The position numbers and the translations under genes are program-made. A stretch of DNA of 64,000 nucleotides, taken from contig CM114271.1 of the NCBI GenBank assembly GCA_050084515.1, positions 20,212,001-20,276,000 on the forward strand. The letters run 5' to 3'. This stretch comes from Blasia pusilla. Lineage: Eukaryota. Below are positions 25,784 through 40,012 of this stretch, piece after piece. The notes below the pieces were generated by a model. It was given only the letters and a program-made list of their open reading frames with translations. It ran no database searches and was not told the origin of the DNA. The stretch's first letter is position 1, and each line of letters begins with the position of its first letter.

Positions 25784-26661
25784 TCCCATGCTAACTTATG
25801 GCATCCAAATAACAAGACAAGAAGTACCAAAATATCTCCAATAAAATAAGATCCAATCTCTCTCACAACACCATAGTTCTCATATGTGTGCACTCTAACA
25901 TGTCTCTCTCAATGTCAAACCAAACCTACTCTCCTAATGAAAGGCTTGGGTTATACACACAAGACCATAGCTCCGCCGCCTCATGCCAAGAGGTTCAACA
26001 AAGAGAGAATGAGCTCTCAAGCTCTCTCTCCTTGAGGTATACCCCTCCCCTCTCCCAAACTCTCTCCATGGTAACCTATGCTCCCAAGTCACCTCCTTGG
26101 CTCTTGACCTGATGTAGGAGGTCAAGGGCCACTTACCAAAAAATAGAAAGTCGATCATATACTCAAAATGGTACTTACCTAAAATAGCAAGCTCCTCAAT
26201 ATGGCTCCAAATGAGCGGAAACGAAGGGGAAACCTGCTCTCTCAGGTTTCCCGGGGCCTCAGCAAGTCATCCTCAAGCTATTGAGCATGTCCTCCACTAC
26301 TCACGAAGGCGCTCTACTAGATCTCATGGATCTATCCTAAAAGACGTGACACTTATCGTGCGCATACACATCGCTACACAACATACATTGTTGTCACCTA
26401 ACACACACACAAACACGCACGATCACATGCTAACTCATGGTAAATAAACAATGAGACAAGAAGTACCAAAATATCTCCAATCGCCCTCCTAGTTGGTGGT
26501 TAGATCCCTCTAACTCCAGATTGCCATCTATCCCTACTTACCATGACATACATCTCTCGGACGCTAAGAGCAAGAAGGTCGGGTGTTCATGTGGCCCCAT
26601 CGTTAGTCGCCTTCTTGTCATCCATGTCATAGACACAAGTCGGAATGTAGAACTACCTACT

Positions 26662-27900
26662 CTATGTACATCTGGGACACATCCATCGTCCTTGAGGAAC
26701 CCTAGTGAGAGGTGGCGTCAAACATGCCATATGCCATCCTCTCAAACACCCATCATAGACTAGCATAGTGGTTGCACCATGGGCGGAACCACACAATACA
26801 CACCGCAAGCCTGCAAGAACTATTACGTAACTCGGATCAACTGTACAGTCAATACTTGGAAGATGATATGGCGCACAGTTGCGCATATGGTCCTTCCAAA
26901 CCATACCATCTTGTCCCTCCAATAAGAGAACACTGGATGGCAAAACCTCACACACTCTCAAGACGGTGCACCATGCAGTCACATCCAACGTCGTGGGTGC
27001 CGTCTACTGCAACTAGACATAATCTCCCTGATGAAACCTCCAGATAGTAGGTCGATAACCACCTCCCCGAATAGTCGCATACCTCAACGTATCCCGATGT
27101 TGCGCAATCGCCAAGTTCTCAAACGCCATGGGCATCACTCTCCAAAACAACTCAGCCCTCAAAGAACATGCTCGCATCCATATATTAGGGTCATCAAGGT
27201 TCAACACCTCACTAGTATCTTGACGAATGGCCGTTGGTAAATCTGGCTCTCGGCCATAAAGCAACAAGTACGGCGAGAAAGATGCTAAGGATGCCTGCCT
27301 GTTGAATCTGTATCCCATCGCCAACCACGGCAACTAAAGGTCCCAATCTCCTAGGTGACCTCTCTGCAAGCCATACTTGCGTAGTCCTCTCTTCATCGTC
27401 TGCACAACCGCTCCGCTTGTCCATCCGCCTCAGGATGATCTCGCGAAGTAGTGCGGTGGTCGATCAGTGCCTGATCATACAAGGCTTGAAACTCCCTGCG
27501 GAACTCTGTACCTTGGTCTATCAACACCTCAACTGGTACGCTGTAACGACTCAACACTCGATCTAGGAAGGCATAATCTACTCCCTCACTCGCTTTGTCA
27601 TGCAATGCAACCAACTCTATCCACTTCGAGAAGTACTCGACCATCACCAACACATAACAACTATGGCGCTCCATCAAAGGAAAAGATCCTGCAAAATCCA
27701 AACTTCATCTATAACCTAAACCCATGATTGGAAGTGGATGTAACTGTGGAGTTGGAGCATTGAATGATGCTCAGACTCGATCATATACCATGCATCTGGC
27801 AATAAACTCCTGAACATCAGTGTGCATGCCTCGCCACCAATATTGAATCTCGAGCAAGCTGTATGTCCACTTCACTCCAAAATGACCCAACTCCTCGTGG
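26662..27900 (-). pseudogene. Integrase (H2C2 zinc finger, DDE core) with C-terminal PHD finger
   Basis: HEELGHFGV...YWWRGM...C near 27900-27790; core 27720-27200; PHD CVLCGSAHGATTMLVYDGCLRGWHMACLTPPLTRVPQGRWMCPRC at ~26805-26665. Confidence 0.9.
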
Positions 27901-28279
27901 GATGACGCACCAAACGTGCTCTCTACGAAGGATGAGGCACTACACGCACTCTACCATTCTCTCACACTTGCAATATATGTGTGCCCTCCCATCGAAATTG
28001 TCTGGCTCGCTGTAGGATCCGATCTCGCTCTCTAGCACCCACTGTGCTCGTGACGCTGCAAGTACGCAGGTACTCCAAGACCAGTCCATCGTCGTGAATG
28101 TCTTGGCCACCTGTTGTCTCCTCACCGGCCTCTGGATCTAAGGACTCTCCATCAGACCTCGCCATCGAAGTCTTAGCAATCTGGCTCTCCGTAGCCAACA
28201 AACCCAAATAGGCTGACACATGCCATCCTGGCACCAACTCCTCATCACTCTCACCATGCCAACGAGCTCTAGTCGCAAC

Positions 28280-29700
28280 TCACTGAATCGAGCATGGGTT
28301 ACGGCTCAAACCATGTGCATCCTGGTTGAGCATCCCAGGTCTATGCACCACTTGGAAGTCATACTCCTGCAACAAAAGAGCCCACCTCGCAAGCTTCCCT
28401 GTAAGCTTGTTGGACTCCATCAACAACTTAAGTGGTTGATGATCAGTAATGATGGTAAAGGGATTGCCGAATATATAACATCTAAAATGTGCGACAGCCC
28501 ACAATGCAACCAAGCACTCACCCTCATACGAGCTATACTTCGCCTCTACAGCGTTGTTTGAGCGACTAGCATAAGCCATCACAAACTCTCTACCATCATC
28601 ATCATGCTGGGTGAGCACGGCTCCAAGCCCCAACATGCTCCAATCAGTATGCAACTAGAAAGGACGCCCCCTGAACGATCTCCTCAATATGGGCGCGAAA
28701 GTCAATCTATCCTTGAGCATCCAAAATGCTCTCTCTTGCTCATCCCCCCAGTGCCACTCTTGATCCACCTTGGTCATCAAGGTTAGCGGCTTAGTAATCG
28801 AACTAAAACCCTTGACGTACCGTCAATAGAAGTTTGCCAATCCCATAAATGCACAAACTCGACTCACATCTGTAGGGCGTGGAATGCGTGAAATAGCCTC
28901 TACCTTCGTCTATTGCACACCAAGGCCCCCAGGGTACATCGTGTGACCCAAGTACTCAATCTGGTCATAGAAGAACTTGCTCTTGCTTGAATGTAGCTTC
29001 AGCCCATGTAACTGCAATTGTCGAAACACCTCCTCTAGATGTCCCTCATGCTCCTCAACCGTGGCGGTAAAGACTATGATGTCATCAATATAATACCTAG
29101 CAAAATCCAGACATGCCAAGATTCTATCCATGACCCTCTAAAACTCAGTCGGGGCGTTCTTTAACCCGAATGGTAAGAACCGCCACTGGTACAAACAATC
29201 CTTCCCGTGAGGATCGATGCCCCAAAATGTTGTCTTTTGCCTGTCCTCCAATCTGATAGGCAACTAATGGTATCCGACTCACAAATCCAATGAATTGAAG
29301 ACCTTTAATTTGCATGCCCAATCGCATCAAAGATCTCCTTGGGGGTGGGCATGGCATACCTATCGGACTTTGTCTGCCGATTGATAGGTCGGTAATCTCC
29401 ACACATCCGCCTATCCAGTTGCCATGCATATCCTTCTTGGCGGGCATGATAGTGGCAGATGCATACTCTCCATGCGACATCTCCATTAGTCCTGCTCCAA
29501 CCAAGGCCTCCTACTTTGAATCAGAGCCCTCTCCATGTCATTGTACCTGTAGGGTCGTCGGAAGATCGGCGTGTCACTCGACAACTCAATGCGGATCCTT
29601 GGACCCTTCAACGTACCCAAATCATGCATACTAAATGCAAAACAGCTCCTATAACTCCTAAGGAACTAGTGTATCCGACGCTGCTCTCCTCCTGTCAACT
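28280..29700 (-). pseudogene. Ty3/gypsy reverse transcriptase and RNase H
   Basis: EYASATIMPAKKD, YQWRFLPFGLKNAP, YYIDDIIVF (~29075-29095), IEYLGH, RNase H ORF 28280-28654. Confidence 0.93.
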
Positions 29701-30029
29701 TAGGGCCCATATATGGCTCCCAAGTCTCCATCGTGACTACGGTAGGACTCTCCGGCGTTGGTGTCGGTGGTTGCTATGGTGCAACCCCGTCTCAGACAAT
29801 AGAACTCTTATCTCCGTGTGCAGTACCCGGAACCACACTCAATGTTGTGGCTATCATCTCCTGGCGTACCTACAAAATATCCCAAGAAGTCCAAGGGTGT
29901 CTCTCTTGATCATCCTTGGTGTGTCGATCTCCTGGGTCTTGCCCCCAACCGCTGCCTTAACCGCCTCAATAAGCATGGGGCTCACCAACGCAATAAGCTG
30001 TGATCTCTCGCGTCCTCAAACAAAGCTGC

Positions 30030-30995
30030 TCAGCTACTCCTAAGCTGAAAATCCATATCAAACAGTTCAGGTCTATTTCCTGACCCAAGACATGACGTCG
30101 TGATGCCTCTGATAGTGACGGTACTACCGTCACTCTTGTGGGGAATCCCATCGCTCGCTCTGACTCATCGGCGTTGGGCTCCACCAACCTCTGTACTTGG
30201 TCATCCCAAACCAAGCCAGGTTCGTCCTCCTTAAATGCATAGGAAGCGGGAAAACCCACCAATGTGGGAAAGGCTGCCCGTGGCCTGCCAATCCTGTTGA
30301 CCACAATCAACGGCGGTCGATCATCTAGCCTCACTGATTGTGATTGACGGCCCGGATCCAATATAGAATCCACCAAAAAATTGGAGGGGCGCTCCACTCT
30401 CGCATATGCCCTCCGTAACACCTCGTGTGGTACCAAGTTGGTCCACCAAATACGGAGGCGATGTGCTTGTGAACCCACACTCGCCGCATCTAACAACAGT
30501 GCCGGGCCGATCCATGCGCGCACTTGATGTGCACTCGTCACCACGCGGGACCTCGAATTGCCCAAAATTGGCACATTCTCCATAATAGATGTTGGAGAAC
30601 GAGACTAATGCTCTTGTAAATATCGCAAGATCCGCATCATCTCCCAAAATAACCTAGACGGAGTGTCAACTAACCCGCTATCTCGTCCAACACTCAATTG
30701 GCCCTGACACGGCCAACCAACAATGACCAAGTCTATGGTCCCTACCCGCTCCAAGTCCTCCATCCCCACCAATGAAATGTCCCTCGGTAGGGAACTCTGG
30801 TAACCCTGAATGGCGGACATAGACAACAAGTCGGGAAACGGAGGCGTAACAATGCCACATGGTGAAGTGAAGCGTGCCTTGCAACATCATCAATCTCCAT
30901 ATACAGGTACTGCTGCACGCGCACTCCAGCGTGCAAAATTACAGCTAACCCAGTACTGATCCCTCCAAAGAGATCCAACACCCGAATACCCTTCT
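30030..30995 (-). pseudogene. C5-cytosine DNA methyltransferase domain (DNMT3-like) embedded in pol
   Basis: Motif I RVLDLFGGIS (~30955-30985), II YMEID, IV DLVIVGWPCQG (GWPCQG 30701-30718), VI ENV (30572-30580), VIII AHRLRIWWTNL (~30446-30463), IX-X ESERAMGFP...RRHVLGQEID. One frameshift and one stop. Confidence 0.9.
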
Positions 30996-31429
30996 CTGGG
31001 ATGCACCACACAATCGGGGTGGTGTCCAAAGGGGTCATAGCAGCACTCCTGCATACTTGGGGTTCCTTTGACCCGTCACACTCTGGTGCAAATATCTCGC
31101 TCCACGCAGTTTGCACATGCTCAGTGGCTAAGCGTCGGAGCTCCTCAGTCGAGCCCCAAAGTGGCACCTCTCCTCCACGGACTAATGCGGCTACCATGAC
31201 ACTCCTCTGCATAAAAATGTCAGGAACGGGAGTATCCTCTGCATGGACATGTCCCTCAATAAAATCACTAGGCCAAGTGATGGCACCACTAAATGCTGCT
31301 AAGGTCGCCATCTCTCTTGGCCGTCGCTCGATCATTGCACCTCTGAATCGAATAGGTAATGAGCTAAGGCGCCCATTATCTGACTGCCATCCTGGTGTGT
31401 AGGACGCTGACTCCTCCCAGTAATCCAGG

Positions 31430-33688
31430 GAAAACCCCATCGGGTATAACACTGCTCCACCAACCAAGACATCGTAGGACTCTGCATCAGTCACTATCGC
31501 CTTGGCTTGCACCACATACTCATCTGTACGATGTCTCGGGCGAATCCTCACCACGACCTCCTATCGGGTGATATATTGTGTGGTACTCGCTCCATCCAAG
31601 GATGTCTGTATCCGGAATGGACAACGCTCCACATCGGCTCTCGTCAAGCCCAATCCTCTGAATGACGCTTTCCCCGACATCAGGGGTTGCGCTCTTGGAT
31701 CCAACAAGACGCGCTGCGGACTAAAAGCTCTACCTCCGGGACTCACCAACTGGAAGACCTCTCCTCGGTTATCCACCAACAAAACACCAGGAGAAGCCAT
31801 GGCACGCTCTATCGCGGGTCTAGCGGGCATCTCTACCATCCTAGCAGCCGCAGCCTGCTATGAATCTGACGTAGACGGCCCGAGCATCCGCTCCAAAGGC
31901 AGGTCCATCACCTCCTCTCCAATCACCTCTGAACGTGATGCAGGAACTCCAACTCCACGCTCACATAGTGTAGCGGCCAGCCAAAAAACCTCGGCGGGCG
32001 TACCTCCGAACGTCATAACATCGGAAGCACATAACGGTGACCATCCCCAACAACGTACTTGACACATGCCCCTCCTGAGCATCAGCAATAGGAGTCGTCG
32101 TACTTGCTTCTCCCATCGCCCTTCATGCCTGCACACCAACAACATCACCAACTCTCCAGGAACTCTGATCAGGACCCATTGATGGGGTCCTCATTGCTTC
32201 AGACAACGTGAAAGATTGAGGAAGCCTAGTATGTTTTCTGGCTTCCCCTTGATGTGGATCCAACTCCGCGGCTGCTCCACGCATCACAACTACGGTGGCC
32301 TCCATCTGGGAAACCTCGTACATCCAACCAGGATCCTCCATATCTCTGGCTGCTCCATATGATGTCGATGCCATAGATCGGGCATCGGGTAACCTCAATG
32401 CCATAGCGGCAATCTGCTCCTGTAGCTGTTGTATCGGAGCAACCATCGTAGTCTCACGTTTGGCGTCTCCCTCGACGCGTCTAGGTGGTGGGACTCTACC
32501 TCCTCCATAGGAAACTCCACCACCCTATCGGGCAACTCGAGCTCCTCGTCCCCCAACGAGACCACCTGGTGCACGATCTCTAGGCCCACCCAGACCGACT
32601 ACTCGCTCTGGTGCCCTCTCTGGCCCTCGGTCCGGACGTAACTCAAGATGTAAATTGAAACACCTAGCACGTGTATGACCATACCTTTGATAATAGTCAC
32701 ATTGATAACCTCCTGGTGCAGCACCATCTCCTCCTCCATGCTGAGGCACACGTCCATGACCCTGACGAGTGCAATCGCGCTGATGATGGGCTCCACCACA
32801 TGACCAACAAGTAATTGTAGACGGCTGCTGTTGAGCCGTATATGAAGGCGGAGGTCTCTGTGGCACGGCCTCCCGATATCCTCCTTGAGCTCGTGGTGCC
32901 ATAGTCGACCTATCTCGGAGTCCACGTTGCGGCATTGGTGGTGTAGACAATCGTGACTACTCTCACCCAGAACCCATGGTGGCTACGCTCTCCTCTGCCA
33001 TGTTGCGCTCAATATTCTCGGCGGTCCTAAAAACATCTCTCAACGTAGGGGAGGTTTTCATAAGAAGCACCCCCTCCCGCACCTGTGTCCGCAGGGTCTG
33101 GTCCAGCATCACGTGACATGACTGGATAGCCTGAGCCTCTGTCACTCCTTGAGTGACGTTGATCAACCGGCGCAAGCGAGTGTAAGCCTCACACAAACTC
33201 TCACCCGGGCGCCTCTGGAAGTCGTGGATGCTTCGCAACTTCTCTGTCCGTACCCCCTTGTAGATCGCCCTCGACTCAGCAAAGAACTCAACCACGGGGT
33301 TGAACCTGGGACGAACCCGACTAGATGGTGCAACTGTTCCAGTGCGAGTGACCCCTCCTAAAACATCACTAGTGGAAGAGGAAGTAGGCTCTCCTGACTC
33401 CTCCTCATCTGGGAACGGCTCCGTCCATGACACATAATTGGGGTCATAGTAGAGTCGCCATGCCTCAATCTCCTGGGCATATGTGTGGGAGAACTCATGG
33501 AAATCGTCCATGGGCGCCCCTTCTAAATGTTGGAACATACCGTTCCATGCTCTAAACGGGTTGAACTCTCTAGAGCTCCTAGCCCACTGTGAGTCATACC
33601 AACTTCTAAATTCTTCAATGAAGTCGTGTAGCTCTATGGTGCCTATAGCACCTGAAAACCTACGCGGTCCTCTACCTTGATCGTCCAT
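31430..33688 (-). pseudogene. gag (two zinc-knuckle-like motifs) and aspartic protease of the inner element
   Basis: Gag-like FQRRPGESLCEAYTRLRRL; CWSCGGAHHQRDC and CDYYQRYGHTRARC; protease-like RVLLDPRAQP (degenerate LLDSGA) and YDVLVG flap. Confidence 0.8.
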
Positions 33689-36600
33689 CTCGTACGCTCA
33701 ACTGGTAGGACCACTCAATGTGTATGGTGGATCACTAACACACTCCCCCTCGTCTGAAGAAGACACAGAAGGAGATCGAGGTGGTCTCTCACGTGGAGAC
33801 CCTCAAAACCTGGCACCATTCCGGGTAAACCCTCCAAAGCTACTCTCAAGTCCACAACCTCGCCTCTCAAAATCCCGAAAGGACACCGTGATGGCCCTCG
33901 TGCCCCTCTCACATGATCATTCTCAATCTTGTAAGTAATTCCTCAATCACTCAAACTAAACATGCGGCACTCAATCTACACTTTCTCACTAAGATGTGTG
34001 CTCTACGGCAACAAGCAACGTGGTGCGGCAAATCAATCAATCTATCGTCTCATCGACAAACCATCCTCAACTCTGGACATCCCACACAGGTCTATGTCCC
34101 CTAAACCCATACATCATCGATACTTCTAGCATCAGCACGAAATCCAATATCCCAAATAACTTCCCAATATCCGGAAATCCCTCACACGTGCAGGGTAAGA
34201 GACCAGAATGGGTAACCTCACAATAATGTCGATGGCGCTCCTAGGCAACTAAAATTCTCGATCCCAGCTCGGTCGTGAAGACAACTCCTCCAATTAACAA
34301 GTCATAATCCTCTCGTACTGACATTGTTCAAACCTCCTTGATGTGTGGTGCAGGTCCAGCGGTCTGGTGCAGCACTAGCGGCACGTAACAGCTACAAACG
34401 GCACGGCACTTGGCGGCATATCCTCCTCAATCAGCAATTCACACGCTCTGCACCTTAGTGAAGGAGTGGCTCTACGATCAAGATGGTGCTGTGCGGCCAC
34501 AAGCGGCACGGCGCGGCAATTGGCGGCATGTTGCGGCTACGGGCGTCACAACACAGTACTCGATCATCGTCGAGCGGCTACCAATCCCAACATAGCAACA
34601 TGAAATGAAAACTCAAACACCATAACCCGAGGTTACCTGCCATCATTGGTTGATGATGAAGCTGCAATGATGGTGGCGTCTTAACCAAACTACGTGGTGG
34701 CGATGCAAGTCAGAGAATCAATGGTGGTCGTGGAAGACCCTCCACTCCATAATGGCGGCAATGGCAACCCAAAGGATGGACAACGGCCGAACGCGGCTCT
34801 GAGCAGCGCTAGGCAATGGCAACGGCCGACGGTGGACGGTGGACGGTGGATTGTGATAGTTGACCATTGATGGCAAACTGTTGACAATGACTATCACGGC
34901 GACGGCCTCCAACGGCACGGCGGCTGGTTTAGGGTTTGAACAATTTAACCCAAAAAAATTGCGTAGGAATGGTAGTTTTGCAAGATTGACCATAATTTTT
35001 TGCTCGCAACTCCAAATTGCACATCGTTTGTTGCACAGCCTGTACAGCTTCAAAATCTACGACAATATTAAAAAATAATTGGGAATCAAATATTCCAATA
35101 AAAACTGATGGGGACTGTTGTAATGCCCATTCTCCTACATAAAATTTGATAGCGCTTCCGCGCTGATTTCTCCCAACAGAAATGTAAAACATGTGAGAAC
35201 ACAAATCAGCAAGCTACATGGTGCTCCCAAGAGCATCCATATGGGGCAACCCGCCCCCATACTCAATCCCTATAAAAAAATTGGTCAGCACTTCCACGCG
35301 CCACTCTTCCACACAAAAAATCGGCAAAGGAAACATCACAAGTAAGCGGCTCTTGCTCCAGTGAGCACTCCCATGAACCGCTGAACGGGGAATATGATCC
35401 CCAACCTGAAAAACCAACTAGTGACCAGCAAGCTCCCCCATGAAGCTCTCTTACTCACTCATTCTCTCTTTGTAAAATAAGATCCAATCTCTCTCACAAC
35501 ACCATAGTTCTCACATGTGTGCACTCTCACACGTCTCTCTCAATGTCAAACCAAACCCACTCTCTTAATGAGAGGCTTGGGTTACACACAAAAGGCAAGC
35601 AAGACCATAGCTCCGCCACCTCATGCCAAGAGGTTCAACAAAGAGAGAATGAGCTCTCAAGCTCTCTCTCCTTGAGGTATACCCCTCCCCTCTCCCAAGT
35701 TCTCTCAGGTTTCCCGGGGCCTCAACAGGTCATCCTCGAGCTACTGAGCATGTTCTTCACTTCTCAAAAAGGCATTCTACTAGATCTCATAGATATATCC
35801 TAAGAGATGTGATAGTGATACAGAGTTTTGCGAGGAGTTTTAGGTCTTATGTGATCAGGTGCTGATCGACCACCGCACCATTTTGCGAGATCATCCTAAG
35901 ACGGATGGACTAGCAGAGAGGGTTGTGCAGATGTTGAAGAGAGGATTGTGCAAGTATGGCTTGCAGAGAGGTCATCTAGGAGATTGGGACCTATAGTTGC
36001 CGTGGTTAGCGATGAGATACAAATTCAGTAGGCATGCATCTTTAACGTCTTTCTCACCATACTTGCTACTTTATGGCCGAGAGCCAGATTTACCTATGGC
36101 CATTCTTCGAGATGTTGGTGAGGTGTTGAACTTTGATGACCCCGATGTATGGATGTGAGCATGTGGGCATGTTCTTAGATGGCTGAGTTGTTTTGGAGAT
36201 TGATGCCCATGGCATTTGAGAACTTGACCATTGCGCAACATCGGGATACATTGAGGGATGCGACTATTCGGGGAGGTGGTTATCGATCTACTATCAGGAG
36301 GTTTCATCAGGGAGTCTATGTCTACTTACAGCAGACGGTACCCAAGATGTTGGATGTGACTGCAAGACGCACTATCTTGAGAGTGCTTGGGATTTTGCCA
36401 TCTGGTGTTCTCTTATTGGAGGGACGCGATGGTATGGTTTGGAAGGACCATGTGCGTATCTGTGCACCATGTCACCTTCCAAAAATTGACGATAGTTGAT
36501 CCGAGCTAAGTAATAGTTCTTGCAGGCTTACAGTGTATGTTGTGTGGTTCCGCCCGTGGTATAGCCATTATGCTAGTCTATGATGGGTGTTCGAGAGGAT

Positions 36601-39600
36601 GGCATATGGCATGTTTGACGTCACCTTTCACTAGGGTTCCTTAGGGATGATGGGTGTGTCCTAGATGTACATAGAGTAGGTAGTTCTAGATTCCGACTTG
36701 TGTTTGTGATATGGATGACAAGAAGGCGACTAACAATTGGGTCACTACAGAGTAGCTCGAGCTATTCCTGAGCGCCGGTAAAAGCTGATGGATCTTCTTC
36801 CTTTAGGGCATGGAACTTTTGATGAGCCGCGCGCTCACAGGTGTCGATGTCCCATTAGTGGGCCCTTCACGGCTCGCTTAGGAAGGAAGAAAGGAAGGAA
36901 GGGTGCCCGCAAGCAAGCGAGCGCTATGGGAGGGAGGGAGGAGGGAGGGAGGACACCCGGCCTTTTTCTCTTAGCGTCCGAAAGATGTATGTCATGGTAG
37001 GTAGGGATAGATGACTATCCACAGTTAGAGGCACCTAACCAACAACTAGGGGAGCGATTGGAGATATTTTGGTACTTCTCACCTCTGTGTTTGGGTGCCA
37101 TGAGTTAGCATGGGATTGTGCGTATTTGTGTATGTGTTTGGTGACAACGATGTATGTTGTGTAGTGATGTATTTGCGTACGATAAATGTCACGTCTTTTA
37201 GGATAGATCGGTGAGATTTAGTAGAGCTTCTTTGCGAGTAGTGGAGGACAGGCTCATGAGGTCAAGGAGGACCTGTTGAGGCCTTGGGAAACCTGAGAGA
37301 GCAGGTTTCCCCTTCGTTTCCGCTCATTTGGAGCCATATTAAGGAACTTCCTATTTCGGATAAGTACCGTTTTGAGTATATGATCAATTTTATATTTTGG
37401 GAATTAGCCCTTGACCTCCTACATCAGGTCAAGAGCCAAGGAGGTGACTTGGGAGCATAGGTTACCATGGAGAGAGTTTGGGAGAGGGGAGGGGTATACC
37501 TCAAGGAAAGAGAGTTTGAGAGCTCATTCTCTCTTTGTTGAACCTCTTCGCATGAGGCGGCGGAGCTATGGTCCTCTTTGTCTTATGTGTGTAACCCAAG
37601 CCTCTCATTAGGAGAGTGGGTTTGGTTTGACATTGAGAGAGACATGTGAGAGTGCACACATGTGAGAACTATGGTGTTGTGAGAGAGATTTGACCTTATT
37701 TTATTGGAGATATTTTGGTACTTTCGCCTTTGTGTTTGGGTGTCATGAGTTAGCATGGAATTGTGCGTATTTGTGTGTGTGTTCGATGACAATGATGTGT
37801 ATGCGCACGACACCTTCTATGGTGAGGATAAGAGTCAATGTATGTGATAGATTGAGACCTATAGATTATGGGTATCTGCATGGATGTTAATAGAGCTTCT
37901 GTGGAAGACATAGACCTGTTGAGGACCATTCTAGAAATCAACTTTAGTCTTATCTCATCTACTCTCCAGAGACCTAGGCATCTGGCAGATTTTGTATCAA
38001 TATCCAAGGAACCGGTGGGTTCAGATTGAAGGGGATACTTTAGGAAAAAAACTCCAATTAGTATTGACGTTGTATGTTCATAACAACTCTCTAGAGAAGT
38101 AATATAAGTGGATGATATGCAATCACATTTCGATGATGAGGAGATAGCCTATAGTAATTACATTTCATTGTTAAAGGATCAATGAAAGGAACTAGTTCAA
38201 GGTTAATAGGTGATGGAAAGCCAAGACAACAATATGGTTTTGTTTGGCTTTTACGTACAACATAAATACCATCTTTGCACTTATGTAATTGTTTTCTCAA
38301 TTCATATTTTAGCAAAGTATCAAATGTCTTCTTTTGAGAGTGCGATAAATTGGGTAGTAACATACCAATAGTCTCTGTGGGTATGTATGTACATATCTCA
38401 GATGTTACTTCGTTTACATCTGAAGGCTCCAACCATGAAATCATGTGATAAGAAAGACTACCCCTACCCTGTAACTCATAACGTAGGAAGTAATTAATCA
38501 CTTTCCCAAGTAAGCGTGGCCCATTGAAAATAAACTGGCTCAGAAAAGAATGTAACCTGGTGTGAAATAATTGTGCACACTCAGCAGAGGCATCTCGCCA
38601 TGTGAAAATCGGTTTAAAGTTTTTCAACAAGGTTTCCATATTTGTGAACTCAGGCCATCGCGTTTCTAAGATTTCATCAGAGGTCAAAGTGAGGAAAAAA
38701 TGTGGCATGCCCCATTTGTGGACCATGGCTTTCAAGTCCTTCAAATGCCTTCTATGCCAAGTTGGGCTACCTGATAATTGGGGACTTATAGAGTATTTAG
38801 AGAGATGAACATACAAATCTCCTTCATGAACATCTGGTTTTTGTTTTCCAAGGTTTTCCAATTCTCTGTTTAGTATGAATGTCCTACTATTTGAACATAG
38901 AGAAATAGATTGACGAAGGTGGTGCATTAATAAGGCACATGGCTTATACAAGGAGAATGGATGGAATAATTTTTTAGAATGATTGCGCAAATACTTGGAA
39001 CACGTAGGGTGACCAATGAAATAACCCCAAAGGTAAGGAAGAAAAAATGGAAAGAGTCTTGTATCTATAGTAAGAAGTAGGTCTAGAGAATTTCCTGTGT
39101 TATCACTAAGTAAACTTTCATGTACGCATGCATATGCACACAACGTTATACTATCATTTTCAAAGATGTCAGTAGATGCACGCCTCCTAACAAGTAGCGT
39201 ATAGGCTACATCGTGTTCATAATATTTAGTTCAGGTTGGTAAGGATCATAACTCATACTAAAGGTTACTTGACCTTTTGCTTGAGACTGTTTTATTATGC
39301 TATTGATTGTTGTAGAAGGAAGTATAACAAGGCCACTGGAAGGATTAGGTAACTCTACTAAGGCTTTGTAGTCTTTGTGCAAGCTATTTATTTGAAGATT
39401 CATTACAAAGATATCCTTCAAATTTGCTGAAAGTGATCTTCCACTTGGAGATAGAGGATCGCTATTATTAAAGACGATAAGAGGAGAGTCTAGGAGAGAT
39501 GTCATATTGAAAAAACCTTAATGAAACCCATTGAACTTCTTCTCAATGCCTATCCTGGAGTCTACTATAGATAAAAGTTGCAGCTCAAGGGGATCAACAC

Positions 39601-40012
39601 TAAGGATGTGTCTAATATAGGATAGTGTCATATATATATTAAAGTAAGTCGATGGCTGGTTTGAGGTACATAGATCATAAACGTGGAAGTGCTCTGGTTT
39701 AGGTATAATATAATCTTTAAGGAATCCATTACATAGTGCATAGGGTGGATATGTTGACGAGTTCACTACACACAATTTTGTTCGTGGATTATTGTAGCGA
39801 ACATTTCCACAATACCCACAACATTGCATGTTTGTAAATGTAGAGGAACATATCTTCCTCTATTTAAGTGAGTAGCTATGTGCAAATGACCAACCATTAC
39901 AATAAGGTTGGAAATGTTGTTTTCTACGGTGCCAAATTTTTTCTGGCTGATTTTCCTTTGTATTGCTATTCGATTATTATTAAATGTATAGGATTGTATT
40001 CTTGAGGCTACC

